Shown: positions 1-14,300 of the stretch, piece by piece
How positions within the stretch are numbered: the first letter of the stretch is position 1
Layout: every line of letters begins with the position of its first letter
NCBI GenBank assembly: GCA_028826165.1
Contig: JAPDFW010000014.1
Coordinates: forward strand, 1-64,000
Origin: Anaeramoeba ignava BMAN
Taxonomy: Eukaryota; Protista; Anaeramoebae
Direction: 5' to 3'
DNA length: 64,000 nt
The notes under the pieces: generated by a model
What the model saw: only the letters and a program-made list of their open reading frames with translations
What the model was told of the DNA's origin: nothing
Databases searched by the model: none
Program-made: the position numbers and the translations under genes

Positions 1-3000
1 TTATTCTTTCAATATTCAGATTTATTGATTTATTAAATAAAAATTTCCTCAAAAATAAAAATGAAAAATTTATATTGTTTATTTGAAATAGATTATTGAT
101 AAATCTTTCCTTTAATTATTTAAATTAAAATCAACTGGAGAAAAATCAATCAATCAATCAAAAAAAATTGAATTTAAATTTTTATTTGGGAATTTTGATT
201 AAAAAATGGGATTAAAACTTTGGAAAAAAAAATGAAAAAAAAATAAAAAGAATTATTAGGGAAATTATTTATTGTTAATTTCAAAAATAAGAGAATAATT
301 CTCTTCTTTTCAAAATTTTGGATAATTTTTATGTATTCAATTTTATTCAATTTTATTTTATTTGTTCATGTTAAAATATCTCTTCAAAAATAATGATAAT
401 GATAATGATAATATAATCTATTTTCTTTACAAATCCAAAAAAGAATAAAGAAGATATATCAATAAATCAAGAGTTAGAAAAGGAAGTAAAACAATTAACA
501 GATAGTCTTATAAATGAAAGAAATCATAAAAAAAATAATAATTCAATTTCCCAATACTTATTGAAAATTACAAAAAAAATTATCATACATTCCAAAATCT
601 TTTGTAGATGATTTATTGAATTTTTATTTATTCTCAAAATTGATACATAATTTATCTCTCTTAATTATTCAAAATTTTTAAAAAGTTTTTTTTTTAATTG
701 ATTAGTTAATTATTCAGAATTAAAGTAAAATTTACTCTTTATAATTGATGAAATTAATGAACCTCATTTTTTATAAGAATAATTAACAGAAATTTTAAAA
801 AAAAATGAATTAAAGTAAATTATCAAAGTATGAGATGAGGGAAATTAATTGATTAATAAAAATAAAAAATATTTTTTCTTTCAAATTAATGGAAGAAAAG
901 TGGAAGATTAGAAGTTGAAATATCTTAAATATAAATAATAAATTTTGATAAAAAATTCTTCAATATCAAATATTTAAGTGAATATTTAACAAAATAAATA
1001 TATTTTCATATTTGAAAGTTTCATTGAAAATGATAATTTTTATGAATTTTTGGAGAATAATAATAATAACAATAATGAATAGAAAAAAAAAGAAATCAAG
1101 ATAATATTCAAAATGAAAAAAAAAATAAATGATAATCAAAAAAAAAAGAGAAAAAAATGAAGAAAAGTAAGTTCTCAAAAACCAAAATAATAAGTAACAT
1201 TAATCAAATAATCTGAAAAAAAAATTGTTATTTCTTATTTCTTATTTCTTTTTTTTTTTTAATTAATATTCATCATAAATCTATTGATTTATTGATTGAT
1301 TGATTATTTGTTGATAAAAATAGAATAAAATTCTTGATGAAAAAAGGGATATTCTTCATTTCATAATTTTTTCTGTTTCCCCCTTAATTTTGAAGTATGA
1401 TTTAAATGAATCCCAAAAATAATGAGAATATGAATAATTAAAATGTTTGAATCAAATTTTACATTTTAATTCTTTTTATTATTTTTTTTTGAATTGAAAA
1501 TATTCAAATTTCTTTCTTTTAAAACAAATTTTTATAAAAATTCATTCAATAATAAAAGAAAAGAAATATTTACATAAAAAAATCAATCTTTATTTTCAAA
1601 AAAAAGATACAAATAAATTAATCTTAAATTTATTAAAAGTTCATTGTAAATAAGAATTGAAAATTTATTTATTCATTCATTCATATTCTTTTTTTTTCTG
1701 AATCTTAAATCAAGATTAATTAGATTTAGGATATATTTCTGTTATTTTAATTCATGTTTTCTTGAAATAAATATTAATTACAAAAAAAATGAACAAAAAA
1801 AAAAAGAAGAAGTAACTCGAAAACTTGAAAATTATTTTAGAGATAATAGAAAAGGAATGGAAATGATTGTTTTTTTTGGTTGATGAATTTTTTGATTATT
1901 TCATTCAACTAAAGGAATTGAAAATTATCCATCAAATTTTTTTTATGTTTAAATAAAAATTTTTGAAAAATAGATAACAAATTAGAATATTTCGATTATG
2001 AATTTTTTAACTCAAAGAATCTCTTAAGATGAAATTTTTATCACTTTAATGTTCTATTACTTCATTTAAATGGAATTTTTTTCAAAGATATCGAAAAGAT
2101 AATTATATTAAATGAAATGAAGAAAGAAATTTTCAAAAAAATAAAATCTTTTTTTTTCCTTTTTCTCTCAAATCTATCTCAAAATTTCAATATTATAATT
2201 CAATATAATTTTTTTTTCTTCTTCTCACATAAGGGAGAAATAATGATATTGATTTTGTAAAAAAAAAAAAAGGAAATGAAAATATGTAAAATTGAGAAAA
2301 GTATCCAAATGTTTTTATTCAAAATATTTTTCATTTTGAAATTATGTTTTCCACAAAATTAATTCGTTATTATCAACCAAAAAAAAATGAAAAGGATTAA
2401 AGAGATTAAGTAATTCTTTTTTTTTCATTGTGAATTTCTTCTAAGGGTGATTTTTTCAATTTTGGGAAAAACAAATTTTCTAATTTTTGAAATTTAAATT
2501 CTGTTTTTTATTTTAAATAATAAATCAAAATCAAAGAAAATAAATATCTTCTTTATGGGAAAAAAAAGAAGATAATAAAAGGAAATTGTAATAAAAAATC
2601 AGAAAAAGAAATAATTCAATTTTTATAATCTCAGAAAAAAAAAGGGAAATAAAATAAATTTGAGATTGGTTTCAGATAATTCTTAATTTGTTGGTTATCT
2701 GCTCTTATCATTTTTTTTTCAATTTCAACAAAATAAAATCAAATGGAAAAAACTTCCTGATTTTTATTTTATTGTTTATAAATTTTGAGAAAAAAAATTT
2801 AATAATTTTAAAATAAATTAAAATTGAATTTTCTTTTGTTAATAAAAATAAAATAATAAAAATAAATATTAATAAATTTAATAAATTTGAATTTGAATTT
2901 ATTTGAAAATAATCAAAATTATTAAATTTTTTTTAAAATTAATTATAATTATTATTATTAAATAAAAATAAATACATCTTGTTTATTCCATTCAGATCTT

Positions 3001-4725
3001 TTTTTGAATAAAATTTGGAAAATTTCAAAATCAATTGGTTTCTTTTTTGAAAAGTAATGAAATAAAGTTTCCTAAATTTGAATAAAAAAAATAAATAAAG
3101 AATAAATTAAAATTAGTTAAAAAGAATTAATTTGTTAAATTAAATAATTTGTTTTTTTTTGAATTGATAAAAACTAAAAAAGAATAATTTAAATTTTTTA
3201 TTAACTCAAAATTAATTAATTTAAATTTGTGTTTTTTTTTGAAATTAAAATAAAAGGAATTGAAAAATAATAAATTAAGAATGAATAAATAATAATTATA
3301 ATTATCAATTTTTCTTTAGAAATTTTACTTTATTTCCTTCATTCTTTTTAATTTTCCATTAAATCAAAAATGAAAAACAAAAATTTATTTATTTATTTAT
3401 TTATTGGGAAAAAGAAAATAATAAAGATATTATCTGGATTATGAATTATGAATAAAAAAAATTTTTTGATAAATAAATTAATTTTCAAATTGAATTTATA
3501 TTTTTGATTTTTAATAATAAATTTCCAAATAATAAAATAGATTTAAAATTTTTTGTTATTAAAAACAATTTAATTTAGATTTAATAATCAAAAAAACAAA
3601 AATTATTTTAAATTAATTATATCCTAATCAAAAAAAGAAAATATAAATAAATTGGGAAAATAAATGATTAGAGAAAATATTATATTTATTATTATTATTG
3701 ATTTCCAATTTTTTTTTCAAAAAGAGAAAATTTAATTTTATCAAATAAATATCTATTTTTTATTTCTTTATTTTTTATCAATTTTTTTTATTATAAAAAA
3801 AAGAATTGAATTTAGTTATTATTGATAAAAATAAATAATCATTAAAAAAGAAATCAAATATCTCTTTGTTTTTTGTTAATCTTTCTTCATTCTTGAATTC
3901 TATTAATTTCTTATCTAATCAATAATAATTAATAATAAAATTTTGAAAGAAAAAAAAACAAACTTTATTTTCAAATTTGTTTTCAAATAATTTTTGATAT
4001 AAGAATTATTTATTTAGTTTTTTTTTTTTGATAAATATATCTCTAATCTTTTATTTTTATTATTAATTTAAATTTAATCATTTCAATTTTCCCAAAAGGA
4101 ATTTAATTAATTTGATAAATGTTTCTATTATCAACTTTCTCAAATTTTGAAAATAATATAATAATAAAAAAATTATAATTTGTTATTTTTAAATTAAATT
4201 AAATTAAATTAAATTAAATTAAATTAATCAATAATAATAATCAATTTTTTTTTGAAATTAATAAATCTTATTTAATTTAATTCCTAAAATAAAAAAAAAA
4301 GAAAAAGAGAAAGAGAAAGGAGAAATATGTTTGTTTTTTTCCAAAATGGTAAAAATAAAGAAAATAGTTATTAATGCAAAAAAATGAAAAATATTATGTT
4401 AGTTTTAAATTTTAAATTAAAAAAATTTTATTTTCTTTTTCTTTTTGGCAAAAAGAAAAAAATAAAAAAAAAAAAATAAATTATTATGATTTGAGAAAAT
4501 AATTATGATAGAGAGAAAATATTGAATTTTTTTTGTTTATGAAATAATATGAAGTTTATGAAAATTGAAATAAAAAGAAATAAATTATATTTTTATATTT
4601 TTATATTTTGAAATGAAATAATAAAAAAACGAACCTTTTCTCCCTAATAAAATAAAAGAAATAAAAAGAAAAAGAAATAAAAATTAATTTTTAAAAAAGA
4701 AAATTTATTTTTAAATTAAATTAAA

Positions 4726-6982
4726 TTAAATTTTTGTTGTATTATTTACAGGTTTTGATTTTCTATATTCTTTTTTTAATGGGTTTAATTTCTTTTCTTC
4801 TTTTTCAATAATGTCTAAATCAAAAATAAAATTAAATTAAATTAAATTAAATTGTATTTATATTTGTTTTTTATATTTAGAAAGATTTTAATAAAAAAAT
4901 TATTTTGTTGTTTTGTTGTTTTAATTAATTTTACTTTTCTTTTCTTTGAATAGTTTTTGAATCTCTATTTTGTTTTATGAAATTTAATAAAAATTAATAT
5001 TTATATTTGTTTTTCAAATTGAAATAAATTTATATCCAATCAAAATAATTTTTGTATTTTGTTTGTGAAATAATAAATATGAAAAGAAATTTACCTTTTT
5101 TGTCTAAACCTAGAACTCCTAAAGCTTCAATTCCTTTGTTATAAATTTCTTTATCTTTTGTAAAATTAACCATTGTTGAAATTATTGTATCAATTCCAGA
5201 ATTAGTTTCAATTTGTGTTTTGTTTTCTTTTTTATTTTTTATATTTCAAAAAAAAATGAAAATTAATTTATTTTTGTTTTGAATTTTGAATTTTGAATTT
5301 ACCGTTTTCTTTTCCAATATTAATAATAATTAAAATAGATTGAAGTTGAAGAAATCTGTTAAATGGGAAATTATTCATTGCTTCGATAATTAAATTAAAT
5401 CCATTTAAATTTGGTAAATTAAATGAAATTCCTATTTTAAATTGATAATTATTATTTGTTTTGGTTTTTTTTTGTAAAAACAAAAGAAAAAAGAAAGAAA
5501 GAAAGAAAATTTAAATAATAAAATTAAAAAGATTTTTTTGTTAATAAATAAAATCTAAATTTAAAACTTAATTTTTGTTTTTGTAAAAAAGTTTTTACTC
5601 TCTTTTGTTTTATCAGTAAATTTTCTTAAAGCTAAACAACAATTTTCTTGAATAAATTCATTTGTTGGAAAATTATTCATAGATTCAAAAATTAAAGAAA
5701 TATCAATTTTCATTAATTCTTTTGTTTCATCTATTATTTTTGTTAAATAAATAATTTAAATAAAATAAAATAAAATTGTTTTTGTTTTTGTTTTTGTTTT
5801 TGTTTTTATTTTTAAAATTGAAAAAAATTATACCTTTATCATTTTCTTGAATTGAATTTTTAAGTTTTGTAAAATAAATTTTTGCTTTATCTAATGATTG
5901 AGTAATTTCTTGTTTTTGTTCTTGTTTTTGTTTTTGTTTCATTTGTTCAATTTTTTCTTTTTTTCTTTTTAATTTTCTTGTTTCTGATTTAATTTGTTCT
6001 TTTTTTTCTTCAATTCTTTTTTCTGTTTGATATTTAATTGAATTGAAGTTATAATAAGATATTATTCTTTTGTCTTCTTCTTTAAGTTCTTCTTCAATAT
6101 TTGAATTTAATAAAATGGATTTGGTTTCATTTAAATTAAATGATTTTTTTTTGATTTGTTGAAATTGTTGAAAATTAAATGTTTGTGTTTGTTGAATTTG
6201 TGTGAATAAAATTGAAAAGAATTTATCATTATCAAAATATTCTTCTTTTTCTTGAGAATTAATAGTTTCGTTTTGGTTTAATTTAATTAATGAATTTCGA
6301 TTTAATCCTTCTTTCTTTTTTGTTTTTTTGTAATAATTTGTAAATGTTTTCTTGGGAATTTTCTTTCCATTTTTGTTGAAAAAGTTGTAATAATTGAAAT
6401 TTGTTTTGAATTGATTGATGTAAGGAAATTAATCCAACAAAACTGATATTTTGTTCAAGTTGTGAATTTTTGAAATCAAATCTTTGAATAATTTGTTGAA
6501 TATTTGGAATAATAAATTCTTCACATTTTTCAATAAGAAATTTAGATGAAATGTTTTGACTTTTGAAATAAATGTTAGCAATATTATCAAGTTGTAGATA
6601 TTCTTTCATTTCAAGTTCAATTTGTTTTTTAACATCATTTAACTTATTTTGATTAGCAAATTCCCAATATTTATCAAATTCTTCTTTATTAAAAGATAAT
6701 TCTCCACTATAAATATATTCCATTATTGGTGTAACAATATTTGAATGAAAATTATTAAATGTTAATTTTGTCTGTTGTTTTTCAAAAATTTTGGTTAAAA
6801 AAGTTAATGAACGAGCAGTCAAAATGGATTTATGGCAATAAAGTATTCTTTTATCAATTCCACAATAAATTTGGATATCTGATGTTTTTTTTATTGAATA
6901 TTGATAAAATTTGTTTCTGATGTTTTTTTATTAAAAATTCTTTAAGTTTTTGTAATTCGTTTTGGTTTTGGTTTTGATTCAT
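4726..6982 (-). CDS. BTB/POZ-BACK protein with coiled coil and C-terminal armadillo-like helical repeats; frameshifted (assembly error or pseudogene)
   Basis: ATG at 6982 ([12 protein letters not shown]). BTB motif [31 protein letters not shown]. Later GT-AG exons give [45 protein letters not shown] and [25 protein letters not shown]. Stop at about 4726. Frameshifts in A-runs near 6890, 6320 and 6020. Confidence 0.65.
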
Positions 6983-6984
6983 TT

Positions 6985-8654
6985 TTTCCTTTTTTTTCAA
7001 ATAAATAAAATAAATTTAATTAATAATTTATAAATAATTTTGATTATTTAAATAATTTAGATAAATAATATTTTTATATTTTTAAATAAATAAAATAAAT
7101 AAAAATTAAATAATTTTAATTGATAATTTATAAATATTTTTATTATTTAAATAATTTATGTTTAAAATAATTATTATATATTTATTTATAAATCACTTAC
7201 TTTTTATTGTCTGATGTTTTCTATTTTGTTTTTCAAATAAATAAAATAAATTTAAATAAATAATTTATAAATATTTTTATTATTTAAATAATTTAGATAA
7301 ATAATTTATGTTTAAAATAATATTTTATATCTTTTTAATTAAATATTGTTTTGCTCTTTTTTCAAATAAATAAAACAATTTAAATTTAAATTTAATTAAT
7401 AATTTATAAATATTTTTGATTATTTAAATAAATTAAATAATAATTTATGAGTAAAATTATATTTTTATATTTTTAATTAATTTTTTTTCCTTTTTTTCTA
7501 ATAAATAAAATAAATTGAAATTAAATAATATTAATAAATAATTTATAAATATTTTGATTATTTAAATAATTTAGATAAATAATTTATGTTTAAAATAATA
7601 ATTTAATATTTTTATATTTTTAAATTTTTTTTTTTATTCTTTGATGTTTTCTGTTTTTCCTTTTTAATAAATAAAATAAATTGAAATTAAATAATATTAA
7701 TAAATAATTTATAAATATTTTGATTATTTAAATAATTTAGATAAATAATTTATGTTTTAAAATAATAATTTAATATTTTTAATTTAATTATTTTTTAATT
7801 TTGTTCTGTTTTTCCTTTTTAATAAATAAAATAAATTTAAATTAAAATAAATATTAATTAAAAAATAAATAAATATTTTGATTATTTAAATAATTTAGAT
7901 AAATAATTTATGTTTAAAATAATAATTTAATATTTTTAATTTAATTATTTTTAATTTTTTAATTTGTTTTTCCTTTTTAATAAATAAAATAAATTAAAAT
8001 TAAATAATATTAATAAATAATTTATAAATATTTTGATTATTTAAATAATTTAGATAAATAATTTATGTTTAAAATAATAATTTAATATTTTTAATTTAAT
8101 TATTTTTAATTTTTAATTTGTTTTTTTCCTTTTTAATAAATAAAATAAATTGAAATTAAATAATATTAATAAATAATTTATAAATATTTTGGTTATTTAA
8201 ATAATTTAGATAAATAATTTATGTTTAAAAATAATAATTTAATATTTTTAATTTAATTATTTTTAATTTTTAATTTGTTTTTTCTGTTTTTCCTTTTTAA
8301 TAAATAAAATAAATTAAAATTAAATAATATTAATAAATAATTTATAAATATTTTGATTATTTAAATAATTTTAAATAATTTAATTATTTTTAATTTAATT
8401 TATTTAATTTTTTTTCCTTTTTAATAAATAAAATAAATTGAAATTAAATAATATTAATAATAATTTTATAAATAATTTAAATTATAATAATTTAATTTTT
8501 TTTAATTTTTAATTTATTTTTTTTTCTTTTTTTTTTAATAAATAAAATAAATTAAAATTAAATAATATTAATAAATAATTTATAAATATTTTGATTATTT
8601 AAATAATTTAGATAAATAATTTATGTGTAAAATAATAAATATAAATAAATTACT
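6985..8654 (-). repeat. Tandem array (about 125-170 bp units) in the putative 5'UTR intron region of the BTB-ARM gene
   Basis: Unit anchor CCTTTTT(T)..ATAAATAAAATAAA at 6988, 7489, 7659, 7814, 7972, 8128, 8292 and 8416. Confidence 0.85.
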
Positions 8655-9099
8655 TTTATTTCTTTGTGTTTACTTTTGTGAAAAAAAAAATGAAAAAAAA
8701 ATGAAAAATTTGTTTTTTTTATTTTTTTAATTAAAAAAAAGAAAAAGAAAAAAAGAAATTAAAAAAGAAAATTTCTTATTTATTAAGTTTTGAATAAATT
8801 TCAAAACAAATTGTTTATTTAATTTATTTTTCAAAAATGAAATAAAATTGATAAAATTGTTCTTAATCATAATTTTGAATTTTTTTAATTAAATTTATTT
8901 ATTTTTTCCAAATAAAAATCAATTAAAATATTTTTTTGAAAGAATTTATAAATAAATTAAATCTATTTAAATATTGAATTTCTTTCTATTTTTTTTTTGG
9001 AAATAATTTAATAATAATTTTTAAATCAAAACAATTCAATTCTATCTATTTTTTTTTGGAATTTAAATATTAATTCTATCTATTTTTTTTTGGAATTTA

Positions 9100-12000
9100 A
9101 ATATTAATTCTATTAACAAAAAAGAAAATTTTTGAATATTTTATATTTTGTAATAAAAAATCAAGAAATATTTCTTTTTTTGGAAATGTTTTGATTTGAG
9201 TTTGAGGTTTATAAAGGAAATAAATTTGGAAATTTTGTTGAATAAAAAAGGAATGAATAAATAAATAATAAATAGTTTTTTTCAAAGTTATTCAAAAGTA
9301 GAATTAAATAAAATCTTCCAAAATTTGAAGATAAATATTTTAAAGAAGATTTGTTGAGTATTTATATAATAATTGATTTATCTCTATAATATTTGTGAAT
9401 TTGGAAATATTTTGAAATCAAATTTGTTTTGGATTATATTTTGGATTAAGTAAATGAACAGATATCATGTTTTTAAAAAGAATTTTGAATATTTCTTGAT
9501 TAAATTGATTTAAATAATAAATTAAATAAGAGTTAGAATTTTGATATTTATATCATTTTCCAATATTTAAGTAAAGAGAATTGAAATTTAAAAGTGATTT
9601 TGGGATTTTGAAGATTATTTTCATTTGTTTCATTTTGTTTTTCCAATAAGGATTTAATTTCTCAATTTTAAAGAAGTTAGAATTTATAAATAATTTTTTT
9701 TGTTGTTAAATAATTAAGATTAATGAACAGAAATAACTTGTTATTGTTTAGAATTTTGTGAATTTAAATTGGATTTGAAATTGAATTTAATATTTTGAAA
9801 AAGAGTTTTCTTGTTTGATATTAATGGAAATCTCTTCAAAATGGAATGATTAATAAATATTTATGATTAGGAATTTTGTAATTTTATCAATTATTTTGGA
9901 GAAATGAAGAATAATTTTGTATTAATTAAATTAAATTAAATTAAATTAAATTAAATTAAATTAAATTTATTGATAAAATTGAGTTCTATCTGTTATATTT
10001 TTTGAATAGATTAAATAGAAGTATATTTCCTTGAAATAAATAAAGAATTTGTGAATATTATTGAAATTATTAAGAAATGTATTTTCAATTCAATTCAATT
10101 CAATTTAATATTCTTTTTCTTGAAGAAAATAATTGAATAATAATTTTGAAATGGAAATAAATAATATTCTGGAAATTGGAAATATTTCTAAAGAAAGGAT
10201 ATATAAATTATTCAAAAATGTTGTTGAATTTTGTTAATTTTGTTTTAGAATATAAAAAGTTGTAATTAATCATCAATTTCAAAATATTTGTGGAAAATAT
10301 TCTTTTTGTGTATTTTGAATAATTGATATTTACAAATAAAAGGAGAAATATTTTGTGAAGATTTGTGAAAATAAGTATTCATTGATATCAGTAATTTTTT
10401 ATTCAAAAAAAAATATTTAAGAAATATATTTTGATTTTATCTTTTTTTTCAGTTTCAAGAAAATGGAAAAAATTTCATAATTTCAATATTTGGTTAATTG
10501 TTTATTTGTGATATTTTGATTCAAGAAATAAATAAATATTCAAATTAAAATTTTAAGTTATTGAATATATGTATCAAGTGTTTCCAATGCAAAAGTAAAT
10601 TGAAGATATTTAAATAATTTTCATAAATTCTTGAAATAATAAAAATGGAAATAAGTATTTCTGTTTATGGATTAAATTGTTGAATATATGTAAGATAGAT
10701 ATTTTTGTTGTTGATAATAATTCAAATTCTTCTTTCTTTTCATAATATAAATAAAATAAAATAATCTTGAAAAATTGTGAGATTTGAGAAATATTGATTA
10801 AAGTGGAAGAAAATATTTCTGTAATGATGTAAACAGTTAGAAAGTTTGTTTTTGAAAGGGAAATGAATGAAAATTGTTGTATATTCAATATTAAAAGATC
10901 AAATAAGTGTTGAAATATTTTGGAAATCAAGAATATATTTTCTTTTCTTTTTATTGTAAATGTTTCAATTTGTGGATTATCTCTTAATTGTTATTCATTT
11001 TTTCTTAATAGAAAAATCTATATTAAATAAAATTCTTTCTTTCTTTCTTCTTTTAAATTTCTTTTTAAAATATCCAATAATGTTAAATATCAATACTTTT
11101 CATTTAGTTCAAATATTAAAATGAATTCTGTAATAAGATCTATAAAAAAAACAAGAGAAACAAATAAGAATTAATAAAATATTTGATGTGTTAATTATAG
11201 ATTTTTAAGGAAATATTTTGTTTATTAATTTAATTCCACAAATTTCTTCTTCTTCTTTTTTTCGAATAAGAAATAACATTAAAAAGAGAATATAAAGGTT
11301 TTTCTTTATAATATCAATAAATAGATTATGAAAATACAGTAAGCTTGTTATTGTTTGTTTTATGTTAATTTCTTTTTTTGATTTTGAAATGTAGAATTGT
11401 TTTAAAATATCCATTTTAAGTTCTTTTTCTTTTTCTTCTGTAAAATATTCCATAATAATATTTGGTTTTATCTTGATATTTAATTTATTGATTTCAAATT
11501 TTTTTTCAATTAGATTCAATCTATTTTCTTTGTGTTTCTATTCAAAGATTCTGTTTTAATATCAATTTTATCAACTGAAATATATATTTTTTATTGTATT
11601 ATTTTTGAATTGAGAAAAGAGATATAATGTTATTGGTGAATTTTTTTTTTGATTTAATACAAAGGTGAAAACTTGAATATTTATCAATTTGATTTCCTTT
11701 TTCTTTTATTATTATTTTTTTTTGTTTTTGCAATTAAATTTTCATAATCAAAATTAATGTAAATTTGATTTGATTTCTTTTAAATATTATGAAGAGATAT
11801 ATTTATTTTGTTGATTATAATTTTGTTTGAATTTCATTTCAATTTGTAAATAATTTGATAATTTAAATTATTTGTTTTTTGATAATTGAAATTTATTGTT
11901 AGATTTCTTTTTTTGTAGAAAATGTATCAATTTTTGATTTTTGATTTGGGAATTTTGTTTCATAATTTTATTCAATTAATATAATAAGTTTCATTTTCAA

Positions 12001-12322
12001 AATTATTTTTTTTTGAATATAAGGAAATATTTTATAAATTTTTGAGAGTTTTTATTTGATAAATTCTATTGTATTCCTTTTTTAAATAAATAAAAAATTA
12101 TTTTGGAATTTGAATTAAAAAAATTTTAAATCAAATAAAATAATTTACTATTGAATAATAATAATCATCTTCTTCAATTTTCTAAATTGTTTTAATAATT
12201 ATTTCTTGAATAAAATCAACAATTTCAAATCATTTTTGAAGCAAAAATTTGAAATTTTCTTTTAATAATAATATCTAAATATTTCTTCAATTTTTAATTT
12301 CTTCATTATTAATTTTTAACAT
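9100..12322 (-). pseudogene. Decayed coding-like sequence, product unknown
   Basis: Minus-strand codon-like K/E/I/F-rich text from ATG 12322 with many in-frame stops and shifts. Fragment ORFs at 10610-10930 and 11205-11519. No recognisable domain. Confidence 0.35.
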
Positions 12323-13050
12323 ATTTATATTTATTTTTAAATCAATTTTGAATTAATTTAGATAATAAAATTCTTTTTATAAATTATATAAATAAATTAT
12401 TTTACATTTTAATTTTAATTTTTATTATTTAATTTTTGATTAAATTTATATTAAAAATGTTTAAATTATTTTATTAATTATTTAATAAGGAAAATAAATA
12501 ATAAAAATTATATTTTATATTATTAATTTATTTCAAAAAATTAATTTATACTTTAAATTTAATTAAATATTATTATTTAATATTATTTAAAATTATTTTA
12601 TTTTTTTGGAAATAAAATTAATTAAATTTATTTTTTTGATTTAAATTTATATTTATTTTTAAATCAATTTTGAATTAATTTAGATAATAAATTCTTTTTA
12701 TAAATTATATAAATAAATTATTTTACATTTTAATTTTAATTTTTATTATTTAATTTTTGATTAAATTTATATTAAAAATATTTAAATTATTTTATTAATT
12801 ATTTTAATAAGGAAAATAAATAATAAAATTATATTTTATATCATTAATTTATTTCAAATTAATTTATACTTTTAAAATTAATTAAATATTATTATTTAAA
12901 ATTATTTAATATTATTTTATTTTTGGAAATAAAATTAATTAAATTTAATTTTTTTGATTTAAATTTATATTTATTTTTAAAATCAATTTTGAATTAATTT
13001 AGATAATAAATTCTTTTTATAAATTATATAAATAAATTATTTTACATTTT
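12322..13050. repeat. Tandem repeat, about 320 bp, two copies plus a partial third
   Basis: ATTTATATTTATTTTTAAATCAATTTTGAATTAATTTAGATAAT starts at about 12323, 12645 and 12963. Confidence 0.85.
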
Positions 13051-13189
13051 AATTAACATTTTCTCTTTATTTTTTTTTATAATTTTGTTTTTAAAATTTT
13101 TATTTGATTTTTTCTTTTTATTTTTCTTTTTATTTTTTTAATTTAGAAAAAAAACAAAAAAAAATGAAAAAAAATGAATAAAAGTTTTA

Positions 13190-14145
13190 AAATCATTTCT
13201 TAATTAATTTTATTGTAAAATAATAAATTAAATTATTATTAAAATTAAGTAAAATAATAAATAAAATATTTTAATTAATTTTATTTTTTTTATTTTTAAT
13301 AATATTTATTTAATATTAATAAAAATTCTTTTTAAATCATTTCTTAATTAATTTTATTGCAAAATAATAAATTAATTATTATTAAAAATTAAGTAAAATA
13401 ATAAATAAAATATTTTAATTAATTTATTTCTTTATTTTTAATAATATTAATTTAATATTAATAATAAATTCTTTTTTAAAATCATTTCTTAATTAATTTT
13501 ATTACAAAAATAATAAATTAATTATAATTAAAAATTAAATAAAATAATAAATAAAATATTTTAATTAAATTTATTTCTTTATTTTTAATAATATTAATTT
13601 AATATTAATAATAAATTCTTTTTTAAAATTATTTTTTAATTAATTTTATTACAAAATAATAAATTAATTATTATTAAAAATTAAATAAAATAATAAATAA
13701 AATATTTTAATCAATTTTATTTCTTTATTTTTAATAATATTTATTTAATATTAATAATAAATTCTTTTTAAAATCATTTCTTAATTAATTTTATTGCAAA
13801 ATAGTAAATAAATTATTATTAAAAATTAAATAAAATAATAAATAAAATATTTTAATTAATTTTATTTTCTTTATTTTTAATAATTTTAATTTAATATTAA
13901 TAATAAATTCTTTTATAATCATTTTTGATTAATTTTATTTAAAATATTAAATAAATTATTATTAAAAATTAAATTAAATTTATCTAATTTTTGTTTTAAA
14001 TTTATTTCATTATTTTTAATAATAATAATTTAATTTAAATAATAAATTCTTTTAAAATCATTTCTTAATTAATTTTATTGCAAAATAGTAAATAAATTAT
14101 TATTAAAAATTAAATAAAATAATAAATAAAATATTTTATCAATTT
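13190..14145. repeat. Tandem satellite, about 145 bp, about 6.5 copies
   Basis: AAATCATTTCTTAATTAATTTTATT-like anchor at about 13190, 13334, 13479, 13625, 13770, 13917 and 14056. Confidence 0.85.
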
Positions 14146-14250
14146 TATTAAATTATTGGGAATAATTTTATACTATTTTAAATAAAGAAAGATTAATAAA
14201 ATATATAAAATAGAATTAATTTTAAATTTGATCACTTAACAATCTTGATT
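14141..14250 (+). promoter_or_regulatory. Conserved element upstream of BTB-TLDc genes (TTATTGGGAATAA...TAAAGAAA...AAAATATATAAAA)
   Basis: The GGG lies 143 nt before ATG 14301, and the homologous copy lies 141 nt before ATG 45264. Further copies at about 16290, 44820 and 44965. Promoter role is inferred. Confidence 0.55.
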
Positions 14251-14300
14251 TCAATTTTTCATTTTTTTTTCATTTTTTTCATTTCAAATTTTTAAATAAA

